From: Camelus ferus
Lineage: Eukaryota
NCBI RefSeq assembly: GCF_009834535.1
Contig: NC_045724.1
Location: 17,918,001 to 17,982,000 of the forward strand
DNA: 64,000 nt
Direction: 5' to 3'
Both the position numbers and the translations under genes were made by a program. The notes below the pieces were generated by a model. That model ran no database searches. It was not told the DNA's origin and saw only the letters and a list, made by a program, of their open reading frames with translations. Positions within the stretch are counted from its first letter, which is position 1. The number at the start of each line of letters is the position of its first letter. Shown here one piece after another: positions 12,361-23,660 of the stretch.

Positions 12361-12755
12361 CGAAGTAAACCAGAAAGAGAAAGAAAAATACTATATCACT
12401 TATATGCGAAATCTTAAAAAAAAAAAAAAGGACACAAATGAACTTTTTTACAAAAGAGAGACAGACTTACAGACATAGAAAACAAACTTATGGTCACCAG
12501 ATGGGAAAAGGAGTGGGAAGGGATAAATTGGGAGTTCAGGATTTGCAGATACTAACTACTATATATAAAATAGATAAATAACAAGGTCCTACTGTACAGC
12601 ACATGGAACTATATTTAATACCTTATAATGGCCTAAAATGAAAAAGAATATGAAAAGGAATATATATATATAAAATGTGTGTAAATGAATCATCATGCTA
12701 TACATCAGAAATTAATACAACATTGTAAATTGACTATACTTCAATTAAAAAAAAA
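12361..12755 (+). mobile_element. L1 3' UTR end, artiodactyl type (copy 2) with poly(A)
   Basis: gaagtaaaccagaaagagaaagaaaaatac...acagacatagaaaacaaacttatggtcacc...ttgtaaattgactatacttcaattaaaaaaaaa. Confidence 0.92.
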
Positions 12756-14714
12756 CCTGCCGATCTGAAAGGAACACATGTAGCAATGTTTGACTTAGTA
12801 TTACTCTGCTACGATACACGGATGCCAGGAAAAGACAAGACAAACTGAAGGGTCTGGGAGCACATGCACACCAACAGCCCTCTGGCTGACTACCAAGACT
12901 CTGAGATGAGGCTGAAGCTGGGACCCCTAGCCCAATCCAAATACGCAACCACTGTTTACTAGCCTGCTAATGCTGGCATTGCTAGGTGCGCCAATCTCTA
13001 ATACCCACAGGCCAGGGAGGCACTATTAAGACAGCCTTAGCCCCAGTTTCCCAAGGAGGAAGCAGTCAGTAGGTTGTGTGATTTGGCCAAGCAAGAGCAC
13101 AGCAGTGCAGAGACCTGCACCGAGCTCCCCTGGCTGCCCCACCACCAGCATGTCCTCACTTCAATCAACAAGCTGGCTTTGCCCATATTCCCTGCAGTCA
13201 GCCCTGGGCACAGTGCCTTGGGAGGCCCATGGAAGGTGTGAGACCAGGCCCCAAAGACTCAGGCACCTGGATGACTGGGAGCCCCAAAGTAACCCACTTA
13301 CACATCACTGAACATTATAGGTGTGGCTACAATTCAGTGGTAAGTTATGCTGCATAGAGAGTGAACTCAACCAAAATTGAGAGGAGAGAGATGACTATGC
13401 CTGTGGGCCATGGAGGATGAAGCCAGGAAAAAAATTCTAAAGATTGTCAGTGAGCTGGGAACCAAGAGATGGGTGATGGGAGCAATCACGAGGGGTGATG
13501 AGGATGACAGGATAGTGAGAAGGTTGGCCTGAGCAGGGCATTTGTTTATTCATTCCATAATCACTTCCCGAGCTACACGGTGTGCTATGTCCACAGCAGA
13601 CCCCTCTTCCTACAGCACTACCTTCTCAGTCCAGCAGAGAAGCTGAGGGTAAGCCAGACAAGATCACTGAGCGCTAAGAAGGGGATGGCCAGGGGCAGGA
13701 TGGAAGGGTCCACCTCATCTGAAAGGTTGGGGCCAAGAGCACGTGGGCTTAGCAAAGATGTTTTGTGGGGCGGTAGCCCTCAGTCTCAACAGCTAGAGCT
13801 CCTGCTGTCCATGGACCACCAAGAAAGAGAGGGCTGGGGTGTGGACATTCAGAGGTACCCCTCTTCCCTTGAAACAGCTTCAGACACCTGCAACAAGAGG
13901 CCAAAAAGCATCTTGCTTGTTGGAGCCTCCAGGCCCCAAGTGGCCCCAAGAAGGAAGTGGCTACCCCCTCACACCTGGAGACTGCAGCACGATGCTTGGA
14001 AGCAGCCAACAGTCAGGACAGATCACAGTCCCAAACTGGAGGGCAGGCTTCCTGGTCCAGGGAAGCCTGTGGACACATCCCTATGAGGTGCCAATTTACA
14101 GTCTGGCTGGTGACCTATGACCTTGGGACATGGTACAAAATCACGAGCATGGCCAATCAGGTGTCTCTCTTGAAAACATGGCCTTGAGAAACCCAGAACC
14201 TGGGCAGTTAGGAGGGGCAGTTGGAGCTGTGGGCTCTCTGGGAGGAGCCCAGCCTGAGAGGGCCTGCGGGGTGGAGGGCAGTGGCTGCCACCTTGGACAG
14301 CATTGGTTGGTCGAGAGACACAGGCTGACCGATGGACCCATGGTGGGCAGGGCTGAGCCCCACTGATATTTTGGTGAGCCTTGCTGAGTCCAAGTCCACT
14401 CTCCAGCCCAGGCCAGATTTTCCATGGGCATCCCCATCATTCCACATGAATCCTTCTGAACTGCCCCCCTTCACTGGCACTAGCCAGTCTTTGCTCTTTG
14501 GCACTTGGACCCCTCCAGAGATGAAATGAGAGGGTGAGGAGGTGAGGTATGGTACAAGAGGGGTTGGATTTTCACTGTGCTGGGACAGTCATCATTGCCA
14601 CATATGGGGGTTCGGGGGAGTAGAAAACGCCAAGGAGTCTGTCCTACCAAACAGGGCCCCCATCCCTACCAGAAGTGCAGTGGGAAGTCTCACCAGGGCT
14701 GGGGAGGGTCTTAC

Positions 14715-14843
14715 CGGAGGAGAGTGCTCATAGATGTTGGTGCTGTAAGGCAGGTTGATGAAGATGGGGTCCATGTCCTGGACGTCTGTGATGATGATGG
14801 CCAAGTTGGCCAGCGTGGACAGAGGCCTGGTTTTGTCTTGATC
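14715..14843 (-). CDS. CDH23: CDH23 coding exon (human exon 8, c.625-753): DQDKTRPLSTLANLAIIITDVQDMDPIFINLPYSTNIYEHSPP
   Basis: Matches recalled residues 209-251 (DQD motif, EC2-3 linker DVQDMDP, P240, P251). Acceptor tatctttgtccactaag|GAT; donor CCG|gtaaga. 129 nt, phase 0-0. Confidence 0.98.
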
Positions 14844-15619
14844 CTTAGTGGACAAAGATACATAGCCTTAGGTTAAGTGATGTTGTGGACGTGTGCACAC
14901 ATGCACACACACGACACCCATGTGCACAAAGGTGTGCAAACATGTACACATGTGCTCCCACACTCCCATGGGTAAGGGCGTTAGCACAGAAGTTCAAGAA
15001 CTCTAAGAACTCGCAGGGATCCACAAACAGTGCCCTCAAGGCCCAGTGGCAGATGGTTTATCCACTGTCACAAAGCAGGGCTGGGGCAGAGCCACATCTC
15101 TTGCCTCCAGCCTGGCCTAGGCCTGACCACCCCGCACATCTGATGGGTGGGATGGTGGGCTTGGGGCAAAGGGACGGTGCTGCCCTTAGCTCCTTCTCTG
15201 GATTCAGGCAGGGGACCCCTCTCCATGCCCATTTCCTGCCCCCTCTCATGCAAGGGCAGCAAGGGAATTGACTGGGATGGGGATTTTTCAGAAGAAGGGC
15301 CCTTTGACGGCAGAGGGGTCTACTCTGGGACCTGCAGCCTGCTCTGCACTGAGTTTACTGGTCAAGCAACTTTTTTGGTAGAACCAGCAGGGGGTGCTCC
15401 AGGGCCTGTGACACTTGGGGGACTCTGGGAAGGAATCCTGAGAGGTCATGCAGGCCATGTGGCCAGGCAGGCAATGTTTAAACCTTCCCAGATGGAAAGG
15501 TGGTCCTATGAAAGCTCACCAAGAAAGAAAACCCAAAATCCATCTTCTATTACCCTAAATGTGATAAACTGTTTAAATAGCTCTGCTACTGAATAACAAT
15601 AGCCAACAAGAATAGAAAC

Positions 15620-15800
15620 TACATGCTCAATACAGATTATATCCCAGGCACCATGCTAGATACCTCATTTGCTTTCATAGGTATTATGTGCCCATTATTC
15701 AGATTTAACAGAGACCAGAGAGGTTAAGTAACTTGCCCCCAGTCACAACTGTTAAATGTATAGCCAGGACTCAAACTCAGGTCCTTTTGACATAAAAACC
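15620..15800 (-). mobile_element. MIR SINE
   Basis: gagaggttaagtaacttgccccc...ggactcaaactcagg. Confidence 0.75.
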
Positions 15801-15809
15801 TGCCCTGTC

Positions 15810-15960
15810 TTGATCTGGGGTCCTAACATCAGCCCCGTGCCTGACTTGCTAGGTCACCTTGAAAAAGTTCTCTTCCATTTTGGAGTCTTAATTTCCTATT
15901 CTGTGAGATGAAGGGACTCACTGGAATGACCTCTATGGACTCGGGCTTATAAATTCTTTG
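15810..15960 (+). mobile_element. MIR SINE
   Basis: acttgctaggtcaccttg...ttaatttcctattctgtgagatgaag. Confidence 0.6.
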
Positions 15961-16155
15961 GTGTGGGATTTAAAGAGGACTGTCCTTGGGTTAGGTCTCC
16001 CTTGATCTGGCTGGGTGATCTGAACAATGCAAGGCATTCCCCACCTTACAACAAGGCCAGTGCCTGCTTCTGCTCTCCAGAGAGAGAGCTACAGAGCCTC
16101 CGAAGGAGAAGAAGGGCTGGTTGTCCTTAAGAGTCCTCAGGGGCAGCCAAGGAGA

Positions 16156-16191
16156 GGGGGGAGGGGCTTTGGGGGGAGGGGCTTTGGGGGG
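16156..16191 (+). repeat. G-rich 15-bp tandem repeat (GGGGGGAGGGGCTTT)x2.4
   Basis: Two exact units plus GGGGGG, read directly. Confidence 0.95.
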
Positions 16192-18149
16192 TGCGTCGTG
16201 GGTGCAGCAAGGGAGGGGAGAGTCTGGGGGTGTGGGGGGAGCTGGGCAGAGGGACCACAGCAGAGACAGCCTTGCAGCCTCCAAGACGATGGGGCCCACA
16301 GCCCAGACTTGGGGACTGCCCATGGTGAGAGTGCTCAGCTAGGCACCAGAATGACCACCAGGCAGACAAGGCCAGAGGGGGAGGCCTGGTAGGAAGTCCC
16401 TTGACCTCTTGGGTCAGGGATGCCAGTAGTTCTGATTTGCCATTACCAGGCTTCTGTAGGCAGCTGGCTTGGTACAGCCTGGCACCTACCCTCCCTGTCC
16501 CATACCTGTGGCTGCAGTCTAGCTCCTGCCAAGGATGCCCCTGTCTAGCCCACCCCAGACTCCATGGCTTATCCTGCCGGACAGGCACCTGTTACTCTGG
16601 CACCTACAGCCCTAAGCAGCTTACTCCCAGGGGAGTCCTCACAAGTCCCCACCTGCTACCCACCCAGTGAGGGCTGGGGACCCACACTGGTCCCTGAGAT
16701 GTCTCACAGGAGAATCTCCTTGGGGTAATGTCCCGCGGCCAAGGGTACAGCACCAGCCCTGAGGCACAGCGCCAGCCCTGAGAGGGACTTGTGCATCAGG
16801 TGGGGGAGCCACTGAGACCTAAGGAAGTTCTAGGGCCCCTCCTGCTCTACTGCTCCAAGGCCTGATGGCTGGAAGAATAACAGCAATTTAACTGCATTCA
16901 CCATCCCAGCTTGAGCCCAGGCCTCTTGCTAGGCTAGACCACCCAGATTCCTGCCTGTGCCCAGCTCTGGTCTCTTCCCCACTGGCCCAAAGCCACTTTT
17001 ATGGTAGGTGGAAATTATCCCACAGGGACAAGTTCATAGTGAGAAAGAGAGAAAGTATCTCTGCATTTCTGGGCCCAGGGATGTGCAAATGGAGAGTAGT
17101 GGGAGGGGCATCACCCCCAGTGTGTGTGCAAGAGAGCGTGGAAGGGTACAGATGTGCATAAAAGGTAAATTCCACCCTTGTAAATCCCCTTGATCCCAGA
17201 AGTCAGTTTTACAAATAGCAGCACACACGTCCTCCCAGGCAACTAACGCTCCACGAGGGGAGAAGGAAGGAACGTGGGTGTCATCTGTACTGGCTTCCCC
17301 AGGAGCTGCTGGACCAGGTCCAAAGAAAAAGTTTGCATTTCTGGGTTCTTGGTGTCTCCCTGGATCTTGCCCCATCCTAGGGGAAACGCATCTTTCAAAC
17401 TGGACCCTTGTGTCTTCCCCTGGGATCTAGGCTCTGTGACCTGCCAAGTGGAGACCACAGCACTAGCGGCAGCCCTTGCGGCAGTGACGGGGGCCAGGCG
17501 GTGGATGCTGTGTGTCAGGCTAATGGGTCCTGGAGGGTCAGAGGGACTCCTGTAATTTGTTTCCCTGTTGACCTGGGCTTTGTAAAAAAAAATCTAAGGG
17601 ACAAATAGGTCAGCTTTCACCCTGCTGCCAGCTGAAGGCTCCAGCTGTGCTTGGAGGCAGTGGCCAGGAGCAGGGAAGACGAGAGTGAGAGGTAGAACCC
17701 TACTGAGGGTGTGGCCTGCCTGTCCCTCAGGCCCTCAATAACAGCTGGTGACAGAGGCCACACACCTGTGGTGTCCTGGAGACTCAGAGACTCCTGGCCA
17801 TGGGGTACTGGACGAGGGGTTCAGACAGCCTGGGTTTGGGCTCTTGCTGCCCACTACTCATCAGCTGGTGAGTCTCAACAGTGCCAGCCATAAAATGGGA
17901 TCATTATTCCTCTCCCACCGCCATCTCCTGACTAACTTATCCTGGAATTCCCAGGACCCCGCACGGTGCTCAGCACAGACGGATGCTCCCTTCTGCGTAA
18001 GAGTCACCACTCTAGAGTAGCGGTCAGGGGACCTGGACCCTCTGGCTCCTGCATGTTGGGTGGTGTCAGGACACAGCTGGGTTGACATCTCTGTCCTGTG
18101 TCCCAGAGAGCGAGAGGACACCCTGCACTTGGCATGCTCTGTGGGATTA

Positions 18150-18365
18150 CAGTGCAGGCTCTGAAGTCCAACTGCTGGGTGACCAAGGGCAAGTCACTGA
18201 ATGGCTCCTGTGCCTCAGTTTCGTCAACTATAAAGTGGGTATCTTAATACTACTTATGATACAGGGCTGTTGGAGGTTTAACAGACACAATTTGAGTGCT
18301 CAGCACAGTGCCAAGAAAACAGCATGGACCCTCAGTAACATCAGTTGTTATTATTATTATGATCG
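18150..18365 (+). mobile_element. MIR SINE
   Basis: tgaccaagggcaagtcac...gtgcctcagtttcgtcaactataaagtggg...tgttattattattat. Confidence 0.8.
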
Positions 18366-18483
18366 CCAGCAACACCATTAGAAGCCTTGACTAGCAGGGA
18401 ACGGGGATGATGTTCCATTGCTCTCTTTGAGGGTGGGAGGAGGCAGGCATCTGGTTGCCTGGGGCCTCAGCGCAGTAACTCAC

Positions 18484-18678
18484 CGTGGCGTTGACGGTGA
18501 GCTGGTAGGCCTGCGTGGTCTCGTAGTCCAGCTCCCGGATCACTGTGACAATGCCGCGTGCACTGTCGATGGCAAAGAACTGGGAGGGGGGCTGGAAGGA
18601 GTAGAGGACGCTGCCGCCTGCACCCAGGTCGGGATCCGTGGCGTTCACGATGAAGATGGGTGTCCCCACTGGTGTGTT
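18484..18678 (-). CDS. CDH23: CDH23 coding exon (human exon 7, c.430-624), EC2: NTPVGTPIFIVNATDPDLGAGGSVLYSFQPPSQFFAIDSARGIVTVIRELDYETTQAYQLTVNAT
   Basis: Translation matches recalled CDH23 residues 144-208, with cadherin DPD and LDYE motifs. Acceptor ctcacccttttatttgctttgcttcaccccccag|AAC; donor ACG|gtgagt. 195 nt, phase 0-0. Confidence 0.98.
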
Positions 18679-19399
18679 CTGGGGGGTGAAGCAAAGCAAA
18701 TAAAAGGGTGAGCTGGAGCTTGGAGCAGCTGCCTCAATCAGTGACTATTTCCCCAAAACCCATTAACCACGGACTCCAGCCAACAAGACCCATGGCTTTG
18801 TCATTTTTATTCTAAGAGGGTTCAGAGGAATTTAAAATGCAATATCTTTTTTTTTTTTTTCATTTTTTGCTGGCCTCCTGGTGGCTGTAACAGCACCAGT
18901 TCCAAAGATGATCTGCTCGTCCTGGAGTTCTGGGTGAGGGCCTTCTGGTCCCCGAACCCCCGTTTCTTGGTGGTTTTGCTTCCTCTGTCAGGTGCCCCTT
19001 CGCTGCTCAAGCCTCAGGCCCGAGCTGCTCTGGAGCGCACCCGGGATGGAGGTTCCAAGGGCAGGGGGCTGGGAGGAGTGTGGTATGGGGATGTGGCAGA
19101 GGGCTTGGGGGCTCTTCCTGGCCCACAGAGATTACCTGGTTTGCCCTGGGGTGGGGCATCCACATGCCATCCCTGGGCCATGGCAGCCTGCCACCAGAAA
19201 GACCCATGAGGCGCACTTAACTGTCACCCCATTTTGGGAGCCTTCCATGATTCCCTCTGCTAGACACTGTGTATAAACCCCTCCCCCTTTATGACTTTCG
19301 GTCTCTAAATAGATTTGACTTCTACACGGAGGCCTTTCAAACCCTTGAGGCAGGTCAGCCCCTACCATGCCCCCACTCCTTGCCATTGTTTATATTCAG

Positions 19400-19576
19400 A
19401 GTCCCACAGCACCCTGGAATTTTTCATCACCCACATTTCTTCCCTAATTCCCTGGTTAGTGCCCATCTTCTCTCATAGCGCATGTGCTCCATGGAAGCTC
19501 TATCTGCCTTGCCTACATGGTGCCTGGCACATGGCAGGTGTCCAGTAAACATCCTTTCTGAAGACATGAATGAAGC
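19400..19576 (+). mobile_element. L2 3' end
   Basis: gtgcctggcacatggcaggtgtccagtaaacatcc...atgaatgaa. Confidence 0.7.
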
Positions 19577-19789
19577 TCTATGATAGTGCATCGTATTTTA
19601 AGTATCTGTTTGCATCTTCTGCCCAATTGTCAGCTCTCATCACTGCCGTGCCCACCAAAACCATGTAAGCCACGCCTGCAAAATGCTAGGTGAGTAAATT
19701 TATTACTGACTTACTGAGCTCTGGACTCATCTGAAGAGGAGCAGTCTAGTGAGGCTCTGCCTGGAGACAAAAAGGAAGAAACAATCCCC

Positions 19790-20020
19790 GCTCCCGTTGA
19801 CTGATTGACTGTATGTGCCATGTCTGTGCTGTGGGCTACGCCTATCAGCTCTGTAACAAGTAGCTTTTCAGGTGGTAGCTATTACATTGTTTTCAAAAAG
19901 GAAATTGAGGCTCATAGAGGTTAAGCAACTCACCAAAATCACATAGCTAGGCAGTGGCAAAGAATGCCTTGAATTCAGGTGTAGTTAACTCTAAGCCCAT
20001 GCTCTTAAACTCTGCTAACA
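19790..20020 (-). mobile_element. MIR SINE
   Basis: ggaaattgaggctcatagaggttaagcaactcaccaaaatcacatagct...gcccatgctcttaa. Confidence 0.8.
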
Positions 20021-20849
20021 CTCCTCTAAACATCGATGGTGGTTCTTTCCCTAACTCTTCTGTATGATGCTGAGGTCAACTGTCAGCTTGGGTGGTACCT
20101 CCTAGCCAGGAGTGTGGGGTTGGCCTGTCAGTTCTCTGAGGGCAGAGACAACGTTCCTGGTCCTCTGTGATCTTTTTACACTGGGACAATGACTGGATCG
20201 CTTCTCACACCTGCAGGGCTCCGTCCAAGGAGGGCATCCACATGGCTGTCCCTCTCCATGCTGCTGGCCATGACCTGTGCCCTGTGTCACTGCCTTGAAC
20301 AGTTTCTTTCTTTGGGGAACAGTCTCCGGCACGCTGGTAGCCCTTCCCTGGGACTACCTGCTTGAGGCAAGGGTGTTCTTTGTAAGGCCCCAGGTCAGGC
20401 TGGAAAGGGCCTCCAGGGGACAATGCCGCGGAGCTGCCTCTGTTTCTCTCTGAGTGTGCTGCCTCTCCCTCATCACCAGGCAAATGTCAGGATGAAAGGA
20501 CAGGCTCATAATCTGTCCTTCTCCAACTGGCACTGAGACTGGGGCAGACAAGGGAGGCCCTTCTCCTCCATACCTCTGCATAGGACACCGGCCCTCGTGG
20601 TCTGGCCCTGTCTCCTCCTTCACACTTTATTTCCTGGCAGGTATTGCTTTCTGGCTAAGATCACATGTAGTATCTTTTCTTATCAGTTTACTATTTCCTG
20701 GCAGGTAGAGCTATTTGTACTTCTCCAACCCAGCAGGCTCCCTCCCACTTCTGGGCTTCTGAACCTGCTTTCCCTTTGCTAGGCCTACCCTACTTAGCTC
20801 AACAGCTTGGGAAACAGATGCTCTCTTTCCCTTCAAAAGAGAGTCAAGT

Positions 20850-21040
20850 GTGCAAGGGGGCAGAATGGGTAAGTTGGGACCCGAGCCTCACTGTTGTGTC
20901 TTTGGGCTAGTTACTTAATCCCTCTGATCCTTAATCCCTTCTCTGTACATCGAAGTTAGTAACACCTCATAATGTCAGTGTGAAGAGTACATAAGCTCAC
21001 GAGCGTAAACGTCCCAGCGTACAGTAAATAAGTGCTCAGA
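20850..21040 (+). mobile_element. MIR SINE
   Basis: gtgtctttgggctagttacttaatccctctg...gtaaataagtgctcag. Confidence 0.7.
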
Positions 21041-22479
21041 AGCTGACTGTTGCGGTTTTATTGTCTGAGTGCCTTCTGGATGACGGCAGACAAGAATGCC
21101 TTCAAGGGTAGGGCAGGGAGGAAACATTAATGATCCTGCACTGGGCATTCCCTGTCTGTGCTCCCTCAGATCCACTGAGTACTCTGCACTGCTATGACCT
21201 CCCTCTTCTCCTCACTCCAGGGTGGCCTCAATGAATTGTACTCCACAGGCTTCCTTGCTGGCGGGCTTCTGCCAATGGCAGGTGCTGGTAGGAGCTCAGA
21301 GTTTGGGGAGGAGGCAGGAGGAAAAAGAGTTTGGGGTATTACTTCCCCAATCCCTCCAGCTCCAGCCCAGCAACCCCTCCTCCCTGGTCTCAGCTTTTGG
21401 TGGACTCTATCCCCTCCTCTTGCCCCTGCGGCCCCAGGAATAGAAGCAGCTTCCCAGTGCTGCTCGTCTCTGGTGCCTCAACATCCCTTAATATCCCCCT
21501 AGTCCAGCACCCCCTCTGGAAGTTGTCCCTTCACTGAAATGCCTTTATTGGAACTCTCTGAGATGAACTGTTTCCTGGGGGACCCTGATGGATACGGGCA
21601 CTCTGCAAGTACCTACTCCAAGCCACCACATGCAAAACCCCAAAAACTGAATTCCCTGGGCACTGGGCTCAGTGAAGCCAGCCTTCACCCCAACATGTCA
21701 CTACAGTGGCACTGGTCTTGAGGCACTCTTTATGAGGTTCTCAGCTAACCCACAGCTCTCTCTCTCTGCCCCCCCCTGTAGATTCAGCATGTATGTCACA
21801 CATGAGTGCCTGAGTCGCTCCAGAACAGACACGCCATCGGGGCCTGTGGTTCCTGCCACGAAAGGGATGGACATGTTCTGATTTCAGAGCCACAGACCCC
21901 TGTGAGGCAGCTAGAGAGCCAGCACTTCAGAGCACGCCCCACATGGAGCCTGTACCCAGAGGAGAGAGATGGCTCCCATGAGAATGTCAGCTCTCCAGCC
22001 CCCTGCCTCAGGAAGGAGAGGACATTTCACCCATCCATACCGCATGGTCCGGGGCGAAGGCTCTCTGGGCATCTGATCAGAGGATTTAAGAGTAAGATCC
22101 AAGAAGACAGAAAAAGGAAAAAGAAGGGATGGTCCTGAGTCTGACCTTCTTGGATTATGTTTCATGCCCTGCAGTGAAAACCCATTTAATTTCTGCATAA
22201 CTTAAAAAAGACTTTAAAAAGGCCTGGCGAAGAGCCATTTATATACTTAGAAGGGACAAGCCATTGGAGAGAAAAGAATGATGACTTTCTGCATTTCAGG
22301 TCCTGGGAGCCATGCTCTATGAGGGAAATGGGGGGCCCTCATCAGCACATACACCGGGGGCTTCTCTGAGCACCCAGCTGCTGTTTCACGGAAATGTGCA
22401 GATGTGCTCACAGGTCTACCCCCTCAATGCAAGCAGATTTCCTCTATGGGGCCAGGTGCATTTGGATTTCCAAGTGTAC

Positions 22480-22785
22480 TGCAGACAATAAAACTTGGTG
22501 GCTCAGAGTGTGGGCTCTGAGTCAGACCCCCTAAGTTTGAGTCCCAGCCTTTCCACTTAATGGCTAGAGACCTTGGATGTACACTGTCAAACTTACTCTT
22601 TTTGGCTCTCAGTTTCTCCATGTAAAGGAAAATGTAAAAATGGAGCTGTTACCAGTACCTACCTCCTAGGGTTCTGAGAAAGAATTACATGAGATAAGGT
22701 GTGAAAAAAATAAAAAGCCTCTCGTGGAGCCAGGAACATGGCAATATTGAGCAACATTCAACAAATGGTCGTTGCAATTATTATT
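22480..22785 (+). mobile_element. MIR SINE
   Basis: tttgagtcccagcctttccactt...ctcagtttctccatgtaaa...gtacctacctcctaggg. Confidence 0.8.
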
Positions 22786-23114
22786 AAGGTAATAAAATAC
22801 TATCAAGGCAGCGTGAGATGAGCCGTTTTTAAAGGAGGGGTATTAGAAACATTATAAACAGCCAATCAATCTCTTCGTCATGAATTTAGACAAAGGGGCA
22901 TTTTAAAATCAGAAACAGAACATCTCTTTTGATTGGTTCATGGCTGCTGCAGACAGGGTCAGGATGGGAGAGGCTCTGAAGACCCTCCAAAGCAGGTTTG
23001 GAGAGTGTGAGAGGAAGAGTGGGATCTGAGGCAGGGGTGGGAGGGATGTCTGCAGGCCAAGGAAGCTCCTGAGTACGGAGGCCAGGCCTGACCACCTACC
23101 ACTCAGGGATGGCT

Positions 23115-23265
23115 TGAGTGAAGGAGCTGGAAGGAACCTTGGAGATTATCCAGCCCAGCCTCCCTATTCTATTGATGGGGAAAGTGAGGGGGCATGCCTT
23201 TTCTTGGTCTCACAGGTGGTTAATGGTAGAGCCATGACTGGAAATCTGGTACCTTGACTCATATA
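23115..23265 (-). mobile_element. MIR3/MIRc-type SINE
   Basis: gagctggaaggaaccttggagattatccagccc...gatggggaaagtgagg. Confidence 0.65.
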
Positions 23266-23369
23266 TAAGTGCTTTTTTCACCCCTCCCAGAGATGCCAAC
23301 CACTGCTTCCCTGTCCACCCTCCTCTCAACTAGAGATGCTCTCTGTACCCACAGCTCTGCTCAAGGGAT

Positions 23370-23660
23370 GGACCTAGGTGGCCATGTTTGTACCAAGGGA
23401 CTTCAGACTCAGGCCACATGTGATTGGTCCAGGGGTAACCACCTGACTCAACCAGGCCAATCAGATGGGGCCTTGGAAGTTAAATCAGTTTTCTGTGGGG
23501 AACTGAAAAAAGATTCTTGCTACCTGGTTAGGGCTGGAGTGGGCACTGCGACAGGCCCAAGGCCACACAGAAGCCAAAGTTACAGGGTGGCAGGGAAGCC
23601 CATCTGCAGTGAGAATGGAGCACAGTGAGGTAGAAAAGCAGAGACAAGGGGCTAGCAGGG
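23370..23660 (+). mobile_element. LTR16-like ERVL solo LTR fragment
   Basis: gtgattggtccaggggtaaccacctgactcaaccaggccaatcaga and catctgcagtgagaatggagc...gcagaga resemble recalled LTR16 motifs. Confidence 0.6.

Larger units (their letters stand above)
6744..14714 (-). other. CDH23: CDH23 intron 8 (7971 bp including two gaps)
   Basis: GT...AG bounded by the exons above. Confidence 0.95.
14844..18483 (-). other. CDH23: CDH23 intron 7 (3640 bp)
   Basis: GT...AG bounded by the exons above. Confidence 0.95.

Noticed and set aside
18391-18699. 102-aa minus-strand ORF treated as a separate gene (likewise 14592-14855 and 6612-6890)
   Set aside because: These are read-throughs of CDH23 exons into flanking introns.
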